Notes: generated by a model from the sequence alone, not told the origin. Shown: positions 1-10,937, counted from the stretch's first letter. The stretch is 64,000 nucleotides of DNA from an uncultured Planctomycetaceae bacterium (GCA_963815195.1 CAWFGE010000010.1:256001-320000), one strand, 5' to 3'. Translations and numbers: made by a program.

Positions 1-1008
1 AAAGTCCGCCTTGCCGAGCGCCGCGCATCCGCCGGTGTGGAGATACGCCGAATCTCGCTGGTAAAACCGCCGCGACAATCGCAGCGTTTCCAGTTGGCGG
101 CACACGGACGAATCGGCCAGCCGGCAAAATGTCTGATCGCTCAAGGAATTGCCCGAAAGATCGAGCCGTTTCAGTTGCTCGAACCAAGGGGCTTTGAACA
201 ACGGCTGCACCATGGAATCCGACAGTTGATGATCCACAATCAACAACTCGGTTAAGGAGTGCAGTTTTTTCGTCTGAGCCAACACTCGAATCCCGTTTCG
301 CCGCGCCGACGGATTTTCATCCGGTCGAAGCTTCATGCGGAGTTCCAACGTTCGCAGGTTTCCAAAATGCGGCGACATAAAAATCTGGTTGACGAGACGC
401 CGAGTCTCAACGCGATAGTGAAACCGGATGGCCTCTAAATTCTTGAGTCGTGCGGACTGGAAAAACGTTTCGAATGGCCGCGAGGGCCAGGCATCAAAGA
501 GATGAGAATAACGAGGATCCCCCAGGATCAAGTCGCGGATTTTCACGAGATGCTCGCAAGCCGCGAGTTCTTCATAGGCGTCGTCTGTATCGTTATGCAA
601 AAACAAATGCAGTTCCCGCAGCGGCAGCGCCGCGAAGATTTCGTCCGCATGTTCCAAAAAGGTCTTGGCCCGTATGCGGGCGGTTTCGCGGAAGCCGCGA
701 TGCAATCGGCAGCCGCCGCGGCCGGCGAAGAAGGGTTGATACTGGGCGTCCGCAAAACCTTTCCACACCCGCCGGGCCGAGGGACCGAGCCAATCCGCGA
801 GGTATTCGTTAAGCAGATCGGTCTCGCGGTTTTTGAGTGCCCGCCAATGGAGATCGGCGTGCGGCGTTTGCTCCAGCTCGACCTGCACGCGGATCAATTC
901 GCCCCGCGGGTCGCCGCATTCCTCCAGCCAGTCGGCATAGATCAGCCGAAGCTGATTGTCTTCGGGATGATCCAGCACGGCCCGGAAATACTGCTCAGCT
1001 TGCGACAT
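1..1008 (-). CDS. TIGR02996 repeat-companion domain protein with leucine-rich repeats (3' end runs off the window)
   Basis: Not in the ORF track. Manual translation from ATG at 1008 gives MSQAEQYFRAVLDHPEDNQLRLIYADWLEECGDPRGELIRVQVEL, the TIGR02996 signature (P.D...RLIYADWL.E.GDPR.E.IR.Q). The same frame near position 1 reads LADSSVCRQLETLRLS, which is LRR-like. Confidence 0.88.
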   Translation of the reverse strand, partial: MSQAEQYFRAVLDHPEDNQLRLIYADWLEECGDPRGELIRVQVELEQTPHADLHWRALKNRETDLLNEYLADWLGPSARRVWKGFADAQYQPFFAGRGGCRLHRGFRETARIRAKTFLEHADEIFAALPLRELHLFLHNDTDDAYEELAACEHLVKIRDLILGDPRYSHLFDAWPSRPFETFFQSARLKNLEAIRFHYRVETRRLVNQIFMSPHFGNLRTLELRMKLRPDENPSARRNGIRVLAQTKKLHSLTELLIVDHQLSDSMVQPLFKAPWFEQLKRLDLSGNSLSDQTFCRLADSSVCRQLETLRLSRRFYQRDSAYLHTGGCAALGKADF

Positions 1009-1278
1009 TTTGTTTGGTCACAGATCGAAAAACAAACGGCGTGGACAGCTTCCGTTCAGTAAAATGGATCCGCCCCGCGAGAGCAAGCGGGGATCGAGGC
1101 GAGGAGGCTCTGGTTCAAGGAGAGTTTGCCTTTCCGCGGGGGAGTTCGTAAGATATTTGAAGCTGATGATTTGACATCCCACCCAACGTTGCCCCGACCA
1201 GCATCCCATTTTTTCCGGGGTGTTCCCACCGTTTTTTGAACCCGACCGATCAGCCGATTAGGACCGAATAGGGATCGC

Positions 1279-2520
1279 ATGCAGCGGAATTCATCCACAT
1301 CCCGCGGCCATTCTCTCAACCAGTCTCTGCCGACGTCGCCGGCGGGCGGGCTGCCGGCATTCGATTTCGACCCCCGCACGCGGGTCGTGTTCGGTTCGGG
1401 AACGCTCGGGCGGCTCGGGGAACTCACGGCGGAGCTGGGAAGCCGCGTGCTGTTGGTCACCGACCGCGGGCTTCGCGAAGCCGGACACGAAGACCGGGCG
1501 CTCCATGCCCTCAAGTCCGTCGGGCTGTCCATTGCGGTGTTCGATGAAGTCCGGCAAAATCCCACCACCGACGATGTGGAACGCGGGTTAGCTCTCGCAA
1601 AAAAAGAGAACGCCGATGTCATTGTCGGATTGGGCGGCGGCAGCAGCATGGATTGTGCGAAGGGCATCAACTTCCTCTTCACCAACGGCGGCCGGATGGA
1701 AGATTATTGGGGCGTGGGGAAGGCGGCCATGCCGATGCTCCCCATGATCGCCGTCCCCACAACCGCCGGCACCGGCAGTGAAGCCCAGTCGTTTGCCTTG
1801 ATCGCCAATTCCCAGACCCACATGAAGATGGCCTGCGGCGACAAAAAAGCCGCGTGCCGGGTCGCGATCCTCGATCCCGATCTGACGGTGAGCATGCCGG
1901 CTTCGGTGACGGCGGCGACGGGCATCGATGCCCTCAGCCACGCTTTGGAAACTTACGTCACCAAACCGCGAAACCCAGTGAGCCAGATCTTCAGCCGGCG
2001 GGCCTGGAATTTGCTCTCGTTCGGTTTTCCCCGCGTGCTCGCCGAGCCCAAGGACTTGGAAGCCCGGGCCGCGATGCTGTTGGGATCGCATTTCGCGGGC
2101 GCAGCGATCGAATACTCCATGCTGGGAGCAACCCACGCGTTGGCGAATCCGCTGTCGGCCCATTACGAAATGACGCACGGGGTGGCGATCGGGATCATGT
2201 TGCCGCACGTCATTCGTTATAATGCCGAGGTCGTGGGCACGCTTTACGGCGAGTTGGCCCACGATGCGGGACTGTGCGAAACGGACGATCCCGAGGCCGC
2301 GAAGGTGTTGGCCGATTTGATCGCTTCGTGGGTGGCCCGGTCGGGGCAACCGACCGACCTGGCCCAATGCCGGGTCTCCCCCGATTTGATCCCGCGGATG
2401 GCGGAAGAGGCCGCCGCCCAATGGACCGGAAACTTCAATCCCCGCCCCGTCGATCCCGGCAGTTTACAGGAGTTGTACCAATGCGCCTTTCCCCGCCATC
2501 TCGTTCCGCCTTCGGTTTGA
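1279..2520 (+). CDS. Iron-containing alcohol dehydrogenase family protein
   Basis: [12 protein letters not shown] and PTTAGTGSE motifs; [12 protein letters not shown] and HG metal ligands. Confidence 0.93.
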   Translation: MQRNSSTSRGHSLNQSLPTSPAGGLPAFDFDPRTRVVFGSGTLGRLGELTAELGSRVLLVTDRGLREAGHEDRALHALKSVGLSIAVFDEVRQNPTTDDVERGLALAKKENADVIVGLGGGSSMDCAKGINFLFTNGGRMEDYWGVGKAAMPMLPMIAVPTTAGTGSEAQSFALIANSQTHMKMACGDKKAACRVAILDPDLTVSMPASVTAATGIDALSHALETYVTKPRNPVSQIFSRRAWNLLSFGFPRVLAEPKDLEARAAMLLGSHFAGAAIEYSMLGATHALANPLSAHYEMTHGVAIGIMLPHVIRYNAEVVGTLYGELAHDAGLCETDDPEAAKVLADLIASWVARSGQPTDLAQCRVSPDLIPRMAEEAAAQWTGNFNPRPVDPGSLQELYQCAFPRHLVPPSV

Positions 2521-3671
2521 TCGCCGCGGTCCTTTGGGGCATTCATTTGCTTGGAGGAGGGACCGGTTCGCTCCGCGCGGAGGAAACCCCCTCGAAGGAT
2601 TGGACCTCCTTCCGCAACAACTTCCAGCTGACCGGCATCGCCGGCACCAGCCTGCCGGACAAGCTCGAAGTCCTCTGGAAAATGGAAGTGCCCTACGGGG
2701 TTTCCAGCACGGCCGCGATTGTAAATGGCCGGGTTTACATCGGCACGATCAACGGGAATTTTTTCTGCCTGGAACTCAAGACCGGTAAAAAGATCTGGAC
2801 GTACCGTTCCATCGAGGATCCCGATCCCGACGCCTTCGCCCCGGCGTTCAAGTGCTCCCCGACCGTCACGAAAAACGCCATCTACATCGGCGACGAGGAC
2901 GGCATGTTCCATTGCATCGATCCCAAAACCGGCAAGAAGAAATGGACGTTCCACACCAACGGCGAGATCATCAGCTCGCCCGCGCTCGCCGGCGACAAGG
3001 TGCTCTTCGGTTCTTACGACAACAGCCTGTATTGCCTGAACGCCCTTGATGGGAAGAAGCTGTGGAACTTTGAAACCGAAGGCTACGTGCACTGTTCCCC
3101 CGCCATCGCCGGGAAACACACCTTCGTCACCGGCTGCGACGAGCAGTTCCGCGTCATCAACATCGAAACGGGCGAACAAGAAGGCAACCTGCCCCTGGCG
3201 ACCTACCTCATCGCTTCGCCCGCGCTCAAGGGGGATCATCTTTACTTCGGCACCTATGGCAGCGAAGTCCTCAGCCTGAATTGGAAGACCCGCGAAATCG
3301 AATGGCGGTACCGCGACGAGAAAAAAGAGTTTCCTTATCACTCCTCCGCCGCGGTCACGGACGATTTTCTAGTCGTCGGCGGCCGGGACAAGCAGGTGCA
3401 CTGCATCGACCGCAAAACCGGCAAAGGCGTGTGGAAGTTCCCAACCCGCGGCCGAGTCGATAGCTCCCCGGTCATCGTGGGCGACCGCATTTTCGTCGGT
3501 TCCAGCGATGGGAACCTCTACGAGATCGGTTTGAAGGATGGCAAGGAACGCTGGAAGTTTGAAATCGGCCGCGATGTCACCGCCTCCCCCGCCATCGGCG
3601 AAGGCTGTGTGGTCATCGGAGCCGAGGGATCGGATCAGTTCATTTATTGCTTCGGGGAAAAACCCCAATGA
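2481..3671 (+). CDS. Exported PQQ-binding-like beta-propeller repeat protein (BamB-like)
   Basis: Signal-like N-terminus from ATG 2481 ([20 protein letters not shown]), a W.SFR.N motif, and repeated SSP..../L..KTGK..W propeller blades. Confidence 0.88.
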   Translation: MRLSPPSRSAFGLIAAVLWGIHLLGGGTGSLRAEETPSKDWTSFRNNFQLTGIAGTSLPDKLEVLWKMEVPYGVSSTAAIVNGRVYIGTINGNFFCLELKTGKKIWTYRSIEDPDPDAFAPAFKCSPTVTKNAIYIGDEDGMFHCIDPKTGKKKWTFHTNGEIISSPALAGDKVLFGSYDNSLYCLNALDGKKLWNFETEGYVHCSPAIAGKHTFVTGCDEQFRVINIETGEQEGNLPLATYLIASPALKGDHLYFGTYGSEVLSLNWKTREIEWRYRDEKKEFPYHSSAAVTDDFLVVGGRDKQVHCIDRKTGKGVWKFPTRGRVDSSPVIVGDRIFVGSSDGNLYEIGLKDGKERWKFEIGRDVTASPAIGEGCVVIGAEGSDQFIYCFGEKPQ

Positions 3672-3701
3672 TTTAAAGCCACCGATAGTGACCAATGCGT
3701 C

Positions 3702-3962
3702 AAATTCGAAAACCGAATTTCGAAATCCGAAACAAATGCGGAATTCAAAATCTCTGAACCAAACCCTTGAGCGAATGGTTTCCAATGCGAAGTGATGTTT
3801 TTACCGCGAAGCGGTTATAGAACAAAGCCCAGGGTCGCGAAGCGTACCCTGGGTAACAAATAACCCCGTGTTCTTCGTTTTTCGTTTTGATGATTTGAAT
3901 TTTGGATTTAGAGTTTTGGATTTAGAATTTGTTTCGGATTTCGAGATTCGGATTTCGGATTT
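3702..3962. repeat. Heptamer-based (aaatccg-like) inverted-repeat element enclosing a REP-like palindrome
   Basis: Arms 3702-3737 and 3927-3962 are 36-bp inverted repeats with 3 mismatches. An internal hairpin cccagggt-cgcgaagcgt-accctggg lies at ~3828-3853. Confidence 0.85.
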
Positions 3963-4013
3963 GATCCATTGATCCGTCATTAAATGAATTAGACCACTCA
4001 ACAGGTAACTTTC

Positions 4014-5324
4014 ATGGCCACCGATACGACGGAATCGACGGAAGTCGGCAGTTATTTTATCTCGAACTACCCGCCGTTCTCGCAGTGGACGCGCGAGGCT
4101 GTGACCGAGGCGTTTGATGCCTTGGCCCGCGAACCGGACCCCGCGGTGCCGTTGGGGTTGTATATGCACATCCCCTTCTGCCGGAAGCGGTGCCGGTTTT
4201 GCTACTTCCGCGTCTATACGCAGCAAAACGCCAAGACGATCGAAAACTACGTGCAGGCTTTGGAGCGCGAGTTTGAACTGGTCAGCGGGCAACCCGGAGT
4301 CAAGGGGCGGGAACTCAGGTTCGCCTACTTCGGCGGCGGGACGCCTTCGTATCTGAGTTCCAAGCAACTCTTGTCGCTCAGGGATCGGCTGATCGAGCAT
4401 CTCTCCTGGGACACCGCCGAGGAAGTCACCTTCGAATGCGAACCGGGAACTTTAAGCCTGGAGAAAGTCCAAACCCTCAAAGAGATCGGGATCACGCGGG
4501 TGTCCTTGGGCGTCGAGAACTTTAACGATTCCATCCTCGAAGAGAACGGCCGGGCCCATCTCTCGCCGGAGGTTCTTCAGGCTTATGAATGGATCCAAAA
4601 CGTCGGCTTCCCGCAGGTCAATATCGACTTGATTGCCGGGATGATCGGCGAGACGGACGAGAACTGGCACCGCTGCCTCGAAAAAGCCGCCGAGATGGAC
4701 CCCGACAACATCACGATCTATCAAATGGAACTCCCGTTCAATACGCTGATTTCCAAGGAGATGAAGGAGTCGGGCATTGAGTCTCCCATCGCCGACTGGG
4801 CCACGAAACGCCGGTGGGTCAGCGAAGCGATCGATTTTTTGGCGGGGCGCGGCTACCAGGTTTCCAGCGGGAACGAGTTCGTCAAGAACCTGGAAACCGA
4901 CCGTTTCGTGTACCGCGACAACCTGTGGCGCGGGGCGGATTTGTTGGCGACGGGGGTGTCGTCCTTTGGGCATTTCCAGGGCGTGCATTATCAGAATTAC
5001 GACCAGATGGAAGACTACATCGCCGTGGTGAATGAAGGCCGATTGCCGATCAACCGGGCGATGACGCCCAGCGTGCATCAAACGCTGATCCGCGAGTTCA
5101 TTTTGCAAATGAAGGAAGGCCGGGTCTCCGCCGAGCCGTTCCGCCAGAAGTTCGGCGTGGATATTTTGGAGGAGTTCCGCGAACCGCTCAAAAACCAGCA
5201 GGCGGCCGGTTATCTCAATGTGGAAGGCGACGAAATCCGCCTGACCCGCAAAGGCCTGTTGCAAGTGGACAGTTTGTTGCCCGAATATTTTGAAGAACAG
5301 CACCGCGCCGTGCGGTATACGTAG
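4014..5324 (+). CDS. HemN/HemW-like (class C-type) radical SAM protein
   Basis: [12 protein letters not shown] (CxxxCxxC), YFGGGTPS and a HemN-type C-terminal LTRKG segment. Confidence 0.9.
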   Translation: MATDTTESTEVGSYFISNYPPFSQWTREAVTEAFDALAREPDPAVPLGLYMHIPFCRKRCRFCYFRVYTQQNAKTIENYVQALEREFELVSGQPGVKGRELRFAYFGGGTPSYLSSKQLLSLRDRLIEHLSWDTAEEVTFECEPGTLSLEKVQTLKEIGITRVSLGVENFNDSILEENGRAHLSPEVLQAYEWIQNVGFPQVNIDLIAGMIGETDENWHRCLEKAAEMDPDNITIYQMELPFNTLISKEMKESGIESPIADWATKRRWVSEAIDFLAGRGYQVSSGNEFVKNLETDRFVYRDNLWRGADLLATGVSSFGHFQGVHYQNYDQMEDYIAVVNEGRLPINRAMTPSVHQTLIREFILQMKEGRVSAEPFRQKFGVDILEEFREPLKNQQAAGYLNVEGDEIRLTRKGLLQVDSLLPEYFEEQHRAVRYT

Positions 5325-5395
5325 CATATCGCCGAGGGGGATGTTGTATCGAGATGCATCAAATTCAAAATTCATTAGTTCCAAATGACGGAAAA

Positions 5396-5589
5396 AGGAC
5401 CGAAGGTCCGGCCCTATGTCAGCCCTGGAAAACGGGACTTAATCCGCGGCGAGAATCTTCATCCACATTGTGTTCTCCACCAAGAATCGAAAGGGCCGCC
5501 CCGTTGGGGCTAGGGTTTCATTCATCATTCGTAACCCAGGGCGGCGCTGCGCTTGCCCTGGGCTGACATAGAGCCGGGCCTTCGGCCCT
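5396..5589. repeat. REP-like palindromic element
   Basis: 5396-5425 and 5560-5589 are 30-bp inverted repeats with 3 mismatches. Internal cccagggc...gccctggg hairpin resembles the one at ~3828. Confidence 0.8.
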
Positions 5590-5634
5590 AAAGCCGGGAC
5601 GGTTGCACCACAATCACACGAGATTTGGGACTAC

Positions 5635-5793
5635 CGAATCTCGAAATCCGAAACAAATTCCAATGACCGAAAGATCCAAATTCCAAACCGATGCGCGGGA
5701 CGTTTGCAGGTCGGCCATCGTCTGCGAGGTTTGGAGCCTTGGGATTGGGAATTTTGAATTTGTTTCGGATTTCGGATTTCGTGCTTCGAATTT
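5635..5793. repeat. Second copy of the heptamer inverted-repeat element
   Basis: cgaaatccgaaacaaattc (5642-5660) and its perfect reverse complement (5756-5774); shares its core with 3702-3962. Confidence 0.85.
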
Positions 5794-5869
5794 TCTACAA
5801 ACAAACGCATCGCGATTTCGCAATCGTTTTTAATGGGCCATTTTTATCTTCCTCGATCGGTTGTTTTCC

Positions 5870-6406
5870 GTGAATCCGCAAGACGAACTCAAAAAACTGA
5901 CGGACCTGTTTCCGTCCGATCCGCCGCTGATTGCGAAGGCGGAGCACGTGGCCTCGGCGTTGGTGCCGGAGCCTTATCAGACCCTGTTGGTGCACAACTC
6001 GCACATGACCGTCACGATGGAGCAGTACCACCGCTCGCGCGTGGATGTCCGCATTCTGGACCGCGCCTACGAAGGCAACGTCTACGCGCGGAAGATTCTG
6101 CTTCTTAAAAGCGGCAGCGACGAGGTGGTGCAGTTCGGAATCGTGCGGTTTGATTTTCAGTACGTGACCCATGTCGTCCGGGACGAAATCCTCGCGGGCG
6201 AAATCCCGCTGGGCCGGGTGCTGATCAATCACAACGTGCTCCGGCACATCGACCTGGGGGCCGTGCTTCGGATCACCGCGGGGCCGGAACTGGCGGAACT
6301 CTTCGGCCGGCAGGTCGGCTTTGTGACATACGGCCGGCTCGCAACGATTTTTTGCAACCAGCAGCCGGCCGTCGATCTCTTGGAAATCTCCGCGCCTTTG
6401 GACTAG
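5870..6406 (+). CDS. Chorismate lyase (UbiC/DUF98)-like fold protein
   Basis: Pattern LL...MT..ME, R.ILL, and [13 protein letters not shown] matches the chorismate pyruvate-lyase-like fold. Start is GTG 5870 (or TTG 5861). Confidence 0.6.
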   Translation: MNPQDELKKLTDLFPSDPPLIAKAEHVASALVPEPYQTLLVHNSHMTVTMEQYHRSRVDVRILDRAYEGNVYARKILLLKSGSDEVVQFGIVRFDFQYVTHVVRDEILAGEIPLGRVLINHNVLRHIDLGAVLRITAGPELAELFGRQVGFVTYGRLATIFCNQQPAVDLLEISAPLD

Positions 6407-6471
6407 AAATGAAGGACGGGCCATTTCGTTCGGATGTCCTTTTCACTCCCACCCTTTCTTACCCACCTGCG

Positions 6472-7773
6472 ATGATCCACAAAATCTCCTCCCCTGAACC
6501 CAAAGCCGTCACGCAACCCGAACTGGCGAATGACTACGACGTGATCATCATCGGCGGCGGGCCGGCGGGTTCCACGACCGCGGCGCTCGTGGCCGAGCAT
6601 GGGCATCGGGCGCTGCTCCTGGAGCGTTCGCTGTTCCCGCGGTTTCACGTCGGCGAATCGCTGATCCCCGAAACCTATTGGACGCTGGGGCGGTTGGGCC
6701 TGCTCGAAGAGCTCAAACGCTCCGCGTTCCCCAAAAAATACAGCGTGCAGTTTGTGAGCGACGGCTACAAAGAGTCGGCCCCGTTTTATTTTGAAGACCA
6801 TAACCCGCACGAATGCTCGGTGACCTGGCAGGTCGTCCGCGGCGAGTTTGATGGGATGCTCCTCCAAACCGCCCGCGACAAAGGCGCCGTCGTCCGCACC
6901 GACGGGCAGGTCCTGGATGTGCTGTTTGACGGCGACCGGGCGGTGGGCGTGCGCGTGCAAGTCGGCGAAGGGGCGGAGAAAACCGTGCGGGAAACGCGGG
7001 CGAAGATCATTGTCGACGCCACCGGGCAGTCGGCGTTTCTGGCGAATCGATTGGGCCTGAAAACGCCCGACAAGCGATTGAAGATGGGCACCGTCTGGAC
7101 CTATTTCCGAAACGCCCAGCGCGACCCCGGCAAGGACGAGGGCGCGACGCTCATCATGCAGACCGAGGGCAAAAAGTCGTGGTTCTGGTACATCCCGCTG
7201 CCGGACAACATCGTCAGCATCGGCTGCACGGGGCCTTTGGGGTATATGTTTTCCAAAGACCGAGGCACCGCGGAAGAGGTGTACCAAACCGAGCTGCGCC
7301 GCTGCCCGGCCCTCGAACGCCGGCTCGCGAATGCCACGCGGGAGACGGACTATTTCACCACGAAGGATTTCTCGTACCGGGCCAAACAAGCCGCGGGTCC
7401 GGGTTGGCTCTTGGTGGGAGATGCATTCGGATTTATCGATCCGGTGTATTCGTCCGGCGTGTTTCTGGCGCTCAAGTCGGGCGAACTCGCGGCGGACGCG
7501 ATTCACGAAGCGCTCGAAGCCGGCGATCTCTCGGCGGAAAAACTCGGCGCCTGGCAGCCCGCTTATGTCGAGGGCTTGGAGATGTTTCGCAGGCTCGTGT
7601 ATGCCTTCTATACGCCGGAGTTCAGCTTCGCCGCGTTCCTCCGTGAGCATCCAGAGTTCAAAGAGCATCTGGTGGACATTCTGATCGGCAACGTGTTCCG
7701 CCCCGGCCTGTCTGAGATGTTCGAGGCGATGGGCGAAGTCGCCCCGCCGGCCCCGGACATGCCCTTGGGCTAA
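6472..7773 (+). CDS. NAD(P)/FAD-dependent oxidoreductase, flavin-dependent halogenase-like
   Basis: GGGPAG, FPRFHVGES, FPKK, WFWYIP (WxWxIP halogenase motif) and GDAFGFIDPVYSSG. Confidence 0.85.
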   Translation: MIHKISSPEPKAVTQPELANDYDVIIIGGGPAGSTTAALVAEHGHRALLLERSLFPRFHVGESLIPETYWTLGRLGLLEELKRSAFPKKYSVQFVSDGYKESAPFYFEDHNPHECSVTWQVVRGEFDGMLLQTARDKGAVVRTDGQVLDVLFDGDRAVGVRVQVGEGAEKTVRETRAKIIVDATGQSAFLANRLGLKTPDKRLKMGTVWTYFRNAQRDPGKDEGATLIMQTEGKKSWFWYIPLPDNIVSIGCTGPLGYMFSKDRGTAEEVYQTELRRCPALERRLANATRETDYFTTKDFSYRAKQAAGPGWLLVGDAFGFIDPVYSSGVFLALKSGELAADAIHEALEAGDLSAEKLGAWQPAYVEGLEMFRRLVYAFYTPEFSFAAFLREHPEFKEHLVDILIGNVFRPGLSEMFEAMGEVAPPAPDMPLG

Positions 7774-8045
7774 AACTTGCCAAATCGGGCTTGGCAAACT
7801 TGAGGGAAATTTCTATAAATCGCCGCGAATTGAGGAAGAAATCTCCAAACGCGCGGGAAAATGCGTTCGCTGGTTTCGCTCGGTTCGCAACTCTCACCAC
7901 ATTTCTGAAATTCCCTGTCTCACTCGATCTTCGCAAGTCCCTCCCCTTGAGGCGGCTGCCGCGCCCGGTTTTCCGATGACCCGTCATCGGCCCGCTGACG
8001 GTGCGCCGGTCCTCCGGGCGAGGCCAACCTGCAAGGAGTCTCTCC

Positions 8046-8900
8046 ATGTCTCGATGTGCGCGCCTGGTTCTGTTGGGTTTGGCCGGTGTCTTTGCGACCA
8101 CGGGGGCCGCTTGCAATTCGGTGCCGCGTTATGCGCTCCGCCAAAGCCAGCTCAGGGCGGCCCAGTTGTATCAGGAAAACCAGGCCACCTTGGCCCAGTT
8201 GGGCGAAAGCCAGCAGCAGGCCGCCTTGGAGGCCGCCAAAGCCCGGCAGCTGGCCCAGCAAAACGCCGGCCTCGAATCGCGGTTGGCCCAGGCCACCGGG
8301 CAGTTGGACACCTCGAACAAACGGATCGCCAACTACCAGAGCGCCCAGTCGGAAATGGAAGCCCGCATGGTGCAGCTCATCAATCAGCAGAAAAACCTGA
8401 CGAGCCCGCTCTCGAGCGAGACCTCCAAACGCTTCGAGGAACTCGCCAGGAAGTATCCCAACTTTGAGTTCGACCCCGCGACCGGGGTGAGCAAGTTCCA
8501 TTCGGACATTCTCTTCGGTTCCGGGAGTGCGAAGATCAAACGCTCGGCCGAGCCTTTGCTCAAGGAGTTCGCGTCGATCATGAACGAACCGGACGCCAAA
8601 CGGCTCAACATCCTTATCGTCGGCCACACGGACGACAAGCCCATCGGCAAGCCCGCGACCCGCGAGTCGCATCCGACCAACGGCCATCTCTCGACCAACC
8701 GCGGGCATTCGGTTCGCATCGCCCTCCAGCAAGCCGGCTTGGGCGATGCCCGCATGGGCGTCGCGGGATACGGCCCGCATCAGCCGGTGGTTGCTAACAA
8801 GGACGACGATTCCCGGCAACTCAACCGCCGGGTGGAAATCTTCGTCCTCGCCCCCGACGCTGTCGTCGCTGGCTGGGATCCGCTCCAAAGCCTCAACTGA
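8046..8900 (+). CDS. OmpA/MotB-family lipoprotein with coiled coil
   Basis: RBS aaggag before ATG 8046; signal ending GAAC; Q/A-rich coiled coil; ILF..GSA, GHTD, LS..R and NRRVEI OmpA-like motifs. Confidence 0.9.
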   Translation: MSRCARLVLLGLAGVFATTGAACNSVPRYALRQSQLRAAQLYQENQATLAQLGESQQQAALEAAKARQLAQQNAGLESRLAQATGQLDTSNKRIANYQSAQSEMEARMVQLINQQKNLTSPLSSETSKRFEELARKYPNFEFDPATGVSKFHSDILFGSGSAKIKRSAEPLLKEFASIMNEPDAKRLNILIVGHTDDKPIGKPATRESHPTNGHLSTNRGHSVRIALQQAGLGDARMGVAGYGPHQPVVANKDDDSRQLNRRVEIFVLAPDAVVAGWDPLQSLN

Positions 8901-8931
8901 CGGCAAGCCGTTTCCGAGATTTTTTCCAAGG

Positions 8932-8963
8932 GGATGTGAGCCCGGTGGTTCGCATCCTTTTTT
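8932..8963 (+). terminator. Rho-independent terminator after the OmpA gene
   Basis: ggatgtgagcc-cggt-ggttcgcatcc, an 11-bp stem with two G-U pairs, followed by tttttt. Confidence 0.7.
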
Positions 8964-9006
8964 GCTTGGTCGGTCCGGGAATTTGAAAGACAAAATGGAG
9001 TTCGGC

Positions 9007-9636
9007 TCAACCCCAGAATTTCCACCAGGGCCTCGACGGCGAGTGATCCGTCACGAAGTAGCGGTCCGACTCGCCCGGCGGAACGGGAACAGGGCGGTCG
9101 TTTTCAAAAACCACGCTCCATCCTTCGGGCAAAAGCCAGAATGGGAAAAACCGGCGGTCGTGAATGCTGACTTCGTACAGCGATATTCGATCGTGCCCCC
9201 GCAAGTTATTGATCGGCAGTCCCTGGCTGCGCGTGCCCACCACCCAGCCGGAAAAATCCTCCTCTGCCGGCGAAATCCGGCTTAGGAACGCCTCTGGATC
9301 GCCCGGTTCGTAGTAAGTGTCAACGCGGGCGTAGTGTCTCAAGGTGCATCGCAGCGGCTCGACTTTCAGTTCGTTCAGAACGTGCGTTTGCTGCGCGTCG
9401 ATCTTTTCGACCAGACGGAAGTCGCGGGTAAACGAGGCCATTTCCTGAAAATCGAGCGTTTCCACATCGATTCCCTGCCGCCCCTCGCAAACCTGAAACC
9501 AGAACCAGCCCCACTCCACGGTCTCGCCGGGCTTCGCGTTCCGCGAACGCAATCCGTCGAGGACGGCCTGTTTGAGCGCACCGCGGTTTTGCATCCCAAT
9601 CCCCTGTCCTAGAGAAGATCTTCCCAGCGGATTCAT
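9007..9636 (-). CDS. Hypothetical protein, Imm33/DUF2185-like immunity domain, C-terminal PWWKFW motif
   Basis: R..P.E.DFSGW.VG, ISLYEV and FWLLPEGW pattern; ends RPWWKFWG. Start uncertain. Confidence 0.5.
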   Translation of the reverse strand: MNPLGRSSLGQGIGMQNRGALKQAVLDGLRSRNAKPGETVEWGWFWFQVCEGRQGIDVETLDFQEMASFTRDFRLVEKIDAQQTHVLNELKVEPLRCTLRHYARVDTYYEPGDPEAFLSRISPAEEDFSGWVVGTRSQGLPINNLRGHDRISLYEVSIHDRRFFPFWLLPEGWSVVFENDRPVPVPPGESDRYFVTDHSPSRPWWKFWG

Positions 9637-9701
9637 ACACTCATTCCCGATAATTCTCCGCGAGAGCCGCCTTCCCGACAAGCGTCGGGCGGGATTGGCT
9701 G

Positions 9702-10937
9702 CTATTTGCCGTTGAGCGAAGTCAGCGGGCCCACGGCGACGGTCGTGGTTTCGCCCAAGGGGTACGCGTCCAACAGGTCGCGGAAATTCTTGACGGTGAG
9801 GGACTCCACCGCCTTCAGGTCGTCTTCCACGCTGCGGTATTGATGGCGGTAAATCCAGTTCTCGGCGAGCGCATCCCGGCGGCCGCGCGGGCGTTCGCTG
9901 CCCAGCACGATTTGCGAGCAGACTTTGCTCTTGGCCTGGGCGAGTTCCGTTTCGGTGATGCCATTCTTGTTGACATCCTCCAGGATCCTTTGGATCCGCT
10001 CGCGGTTTTCTTCGGTCGAAGCCGGATCGCAGCAGAGATAAACGCCGTAAAACCCGCTGCCTTCAAAATCGTGATGCCAGAGGTTCGCCGCTTCGACATA
10101 ACCCGGATCGACGAGTTCCCAATAAAACCGGCTGCTCACGCTGTCGCCGACGATCACCCAAAGCAACTGCGGGGCTGGCCAGAACGGGCTGGACGCGGAC
10201 GGAGCCGGCGTCAAGGACAGCACGTGCTGCTGGAAGGCGTGCTCTTGCGGGATGACGGTCACGCCGCCCTTCGGCTTCGCTTCGCGGGTGTCGCGTTCGA
10301 GCGTTCCCGCGGGCCAGGCGGCACAATGTTTCTCGGCGAGGCGGAGGATCTCGTCCCAATCCGTGTTGCCCGCCACCGCGAGCACGATGTTCCCGGCTTT
10401 GTAATGCGCATCGTGATAGGTTCGCATCTGCTCCACGCGGAGCGCGGAGATGCTTTCGGTCGTGCCCAGGATCAGCCGTTCCAAAGGATGGCCGCCGAAG
10501 TGCTCGGTCATGGCCCGCTCGTAGGCCACCCAAAAGATTTGGTCCTTCGACATCGCGATTTCTTCGAGGATGACTTTTTTCTCCAGATCGAAATCCGACT
10601 CGCGAAGCGCGGGCGTTAATAGCACCGACAATAGTTCAAACGCTTCCGGCAGATACTCCGGCAGGACGGCGGTGTGGAACGTGGTGACTTCCTCGCTGGT
10701 CGAGGCGTTGCTGTCCGCCCCGATTTCGTCGAACTTGCGGTTGATGTCGTCGGCGGTGTAGATCTCGTTGCCTTTGAAGGCCATGTGCTCCAGAAAATGG
10801 CTCACGCCGTTGACCTCGGCGGTCTCGTCGCGGGAGCCGGTCCGCACGGCGAACTCCAAGGCCACGCTGTAAACCTGCGGGTTGAGTTCGGCGATTACGG
10901 TCAGGCCGTTGTCGAGTTGGGCTTTATGAAAATTCAC
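9702..10937 (-). CDS. M16B (pitrilysin-family) metallopeptidase, catalytic subunit
   Basis: HFLEH (HxxEH), NASTS and EKKVILEE motifs. Confidence 0.93.
   Translation of the reverse strand: MNFHKAQLDNGLTVIAELNPQVYSVALEFAVRTGSRDETAEVNGVSHFLEHMAFKGNEIYTADDINRKFDEIGADSNASTSEEVTTFHTAVLPEYLPEAFELLSVLLTPALRESDFDLEKKVILEEIAMSKDQIFWVAYERAMTEHFGGHPLERLILGTTESISALRVEQMRTYHDAHYKAGNIVLAVAGNTDWDEILRLAEKHCAAWPAGTLERDTREAKPKGGVTVIPQEHAFQQHVLSLTPAPSASSPFWPAPQLLWVIVGDSVSSRFYWELVDPGYVEAANLWHHDFEGSGFYGVYLCCDPASTEENRERIQRILEDVNKNGITETELAQAKSKVCSQIVLGSERPRGRRDALAENWIYRHQYRSVEDDLKAVESLTVKNFRDLLDAYPLGETTTVAVGPLTSLNGK

Noticed and set aside
502..1062. 186-aa plus-strand ORF and other short plus-strand ORFs in 37-1151
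   Set aside because: Antisense shadows of the minus-strand TIGR02996/LRR gene.
4014..5324. Naming the radical SAM gene hemN or hemW
   Set aside because: Family motifs only, with no heme-pathway context; the ortholog cannot be assigned by eye.
7777..7797. Terminator after the flavoprotein gene
   Set aside because: Only a 7-bp AT-rich stem with no U-tract.
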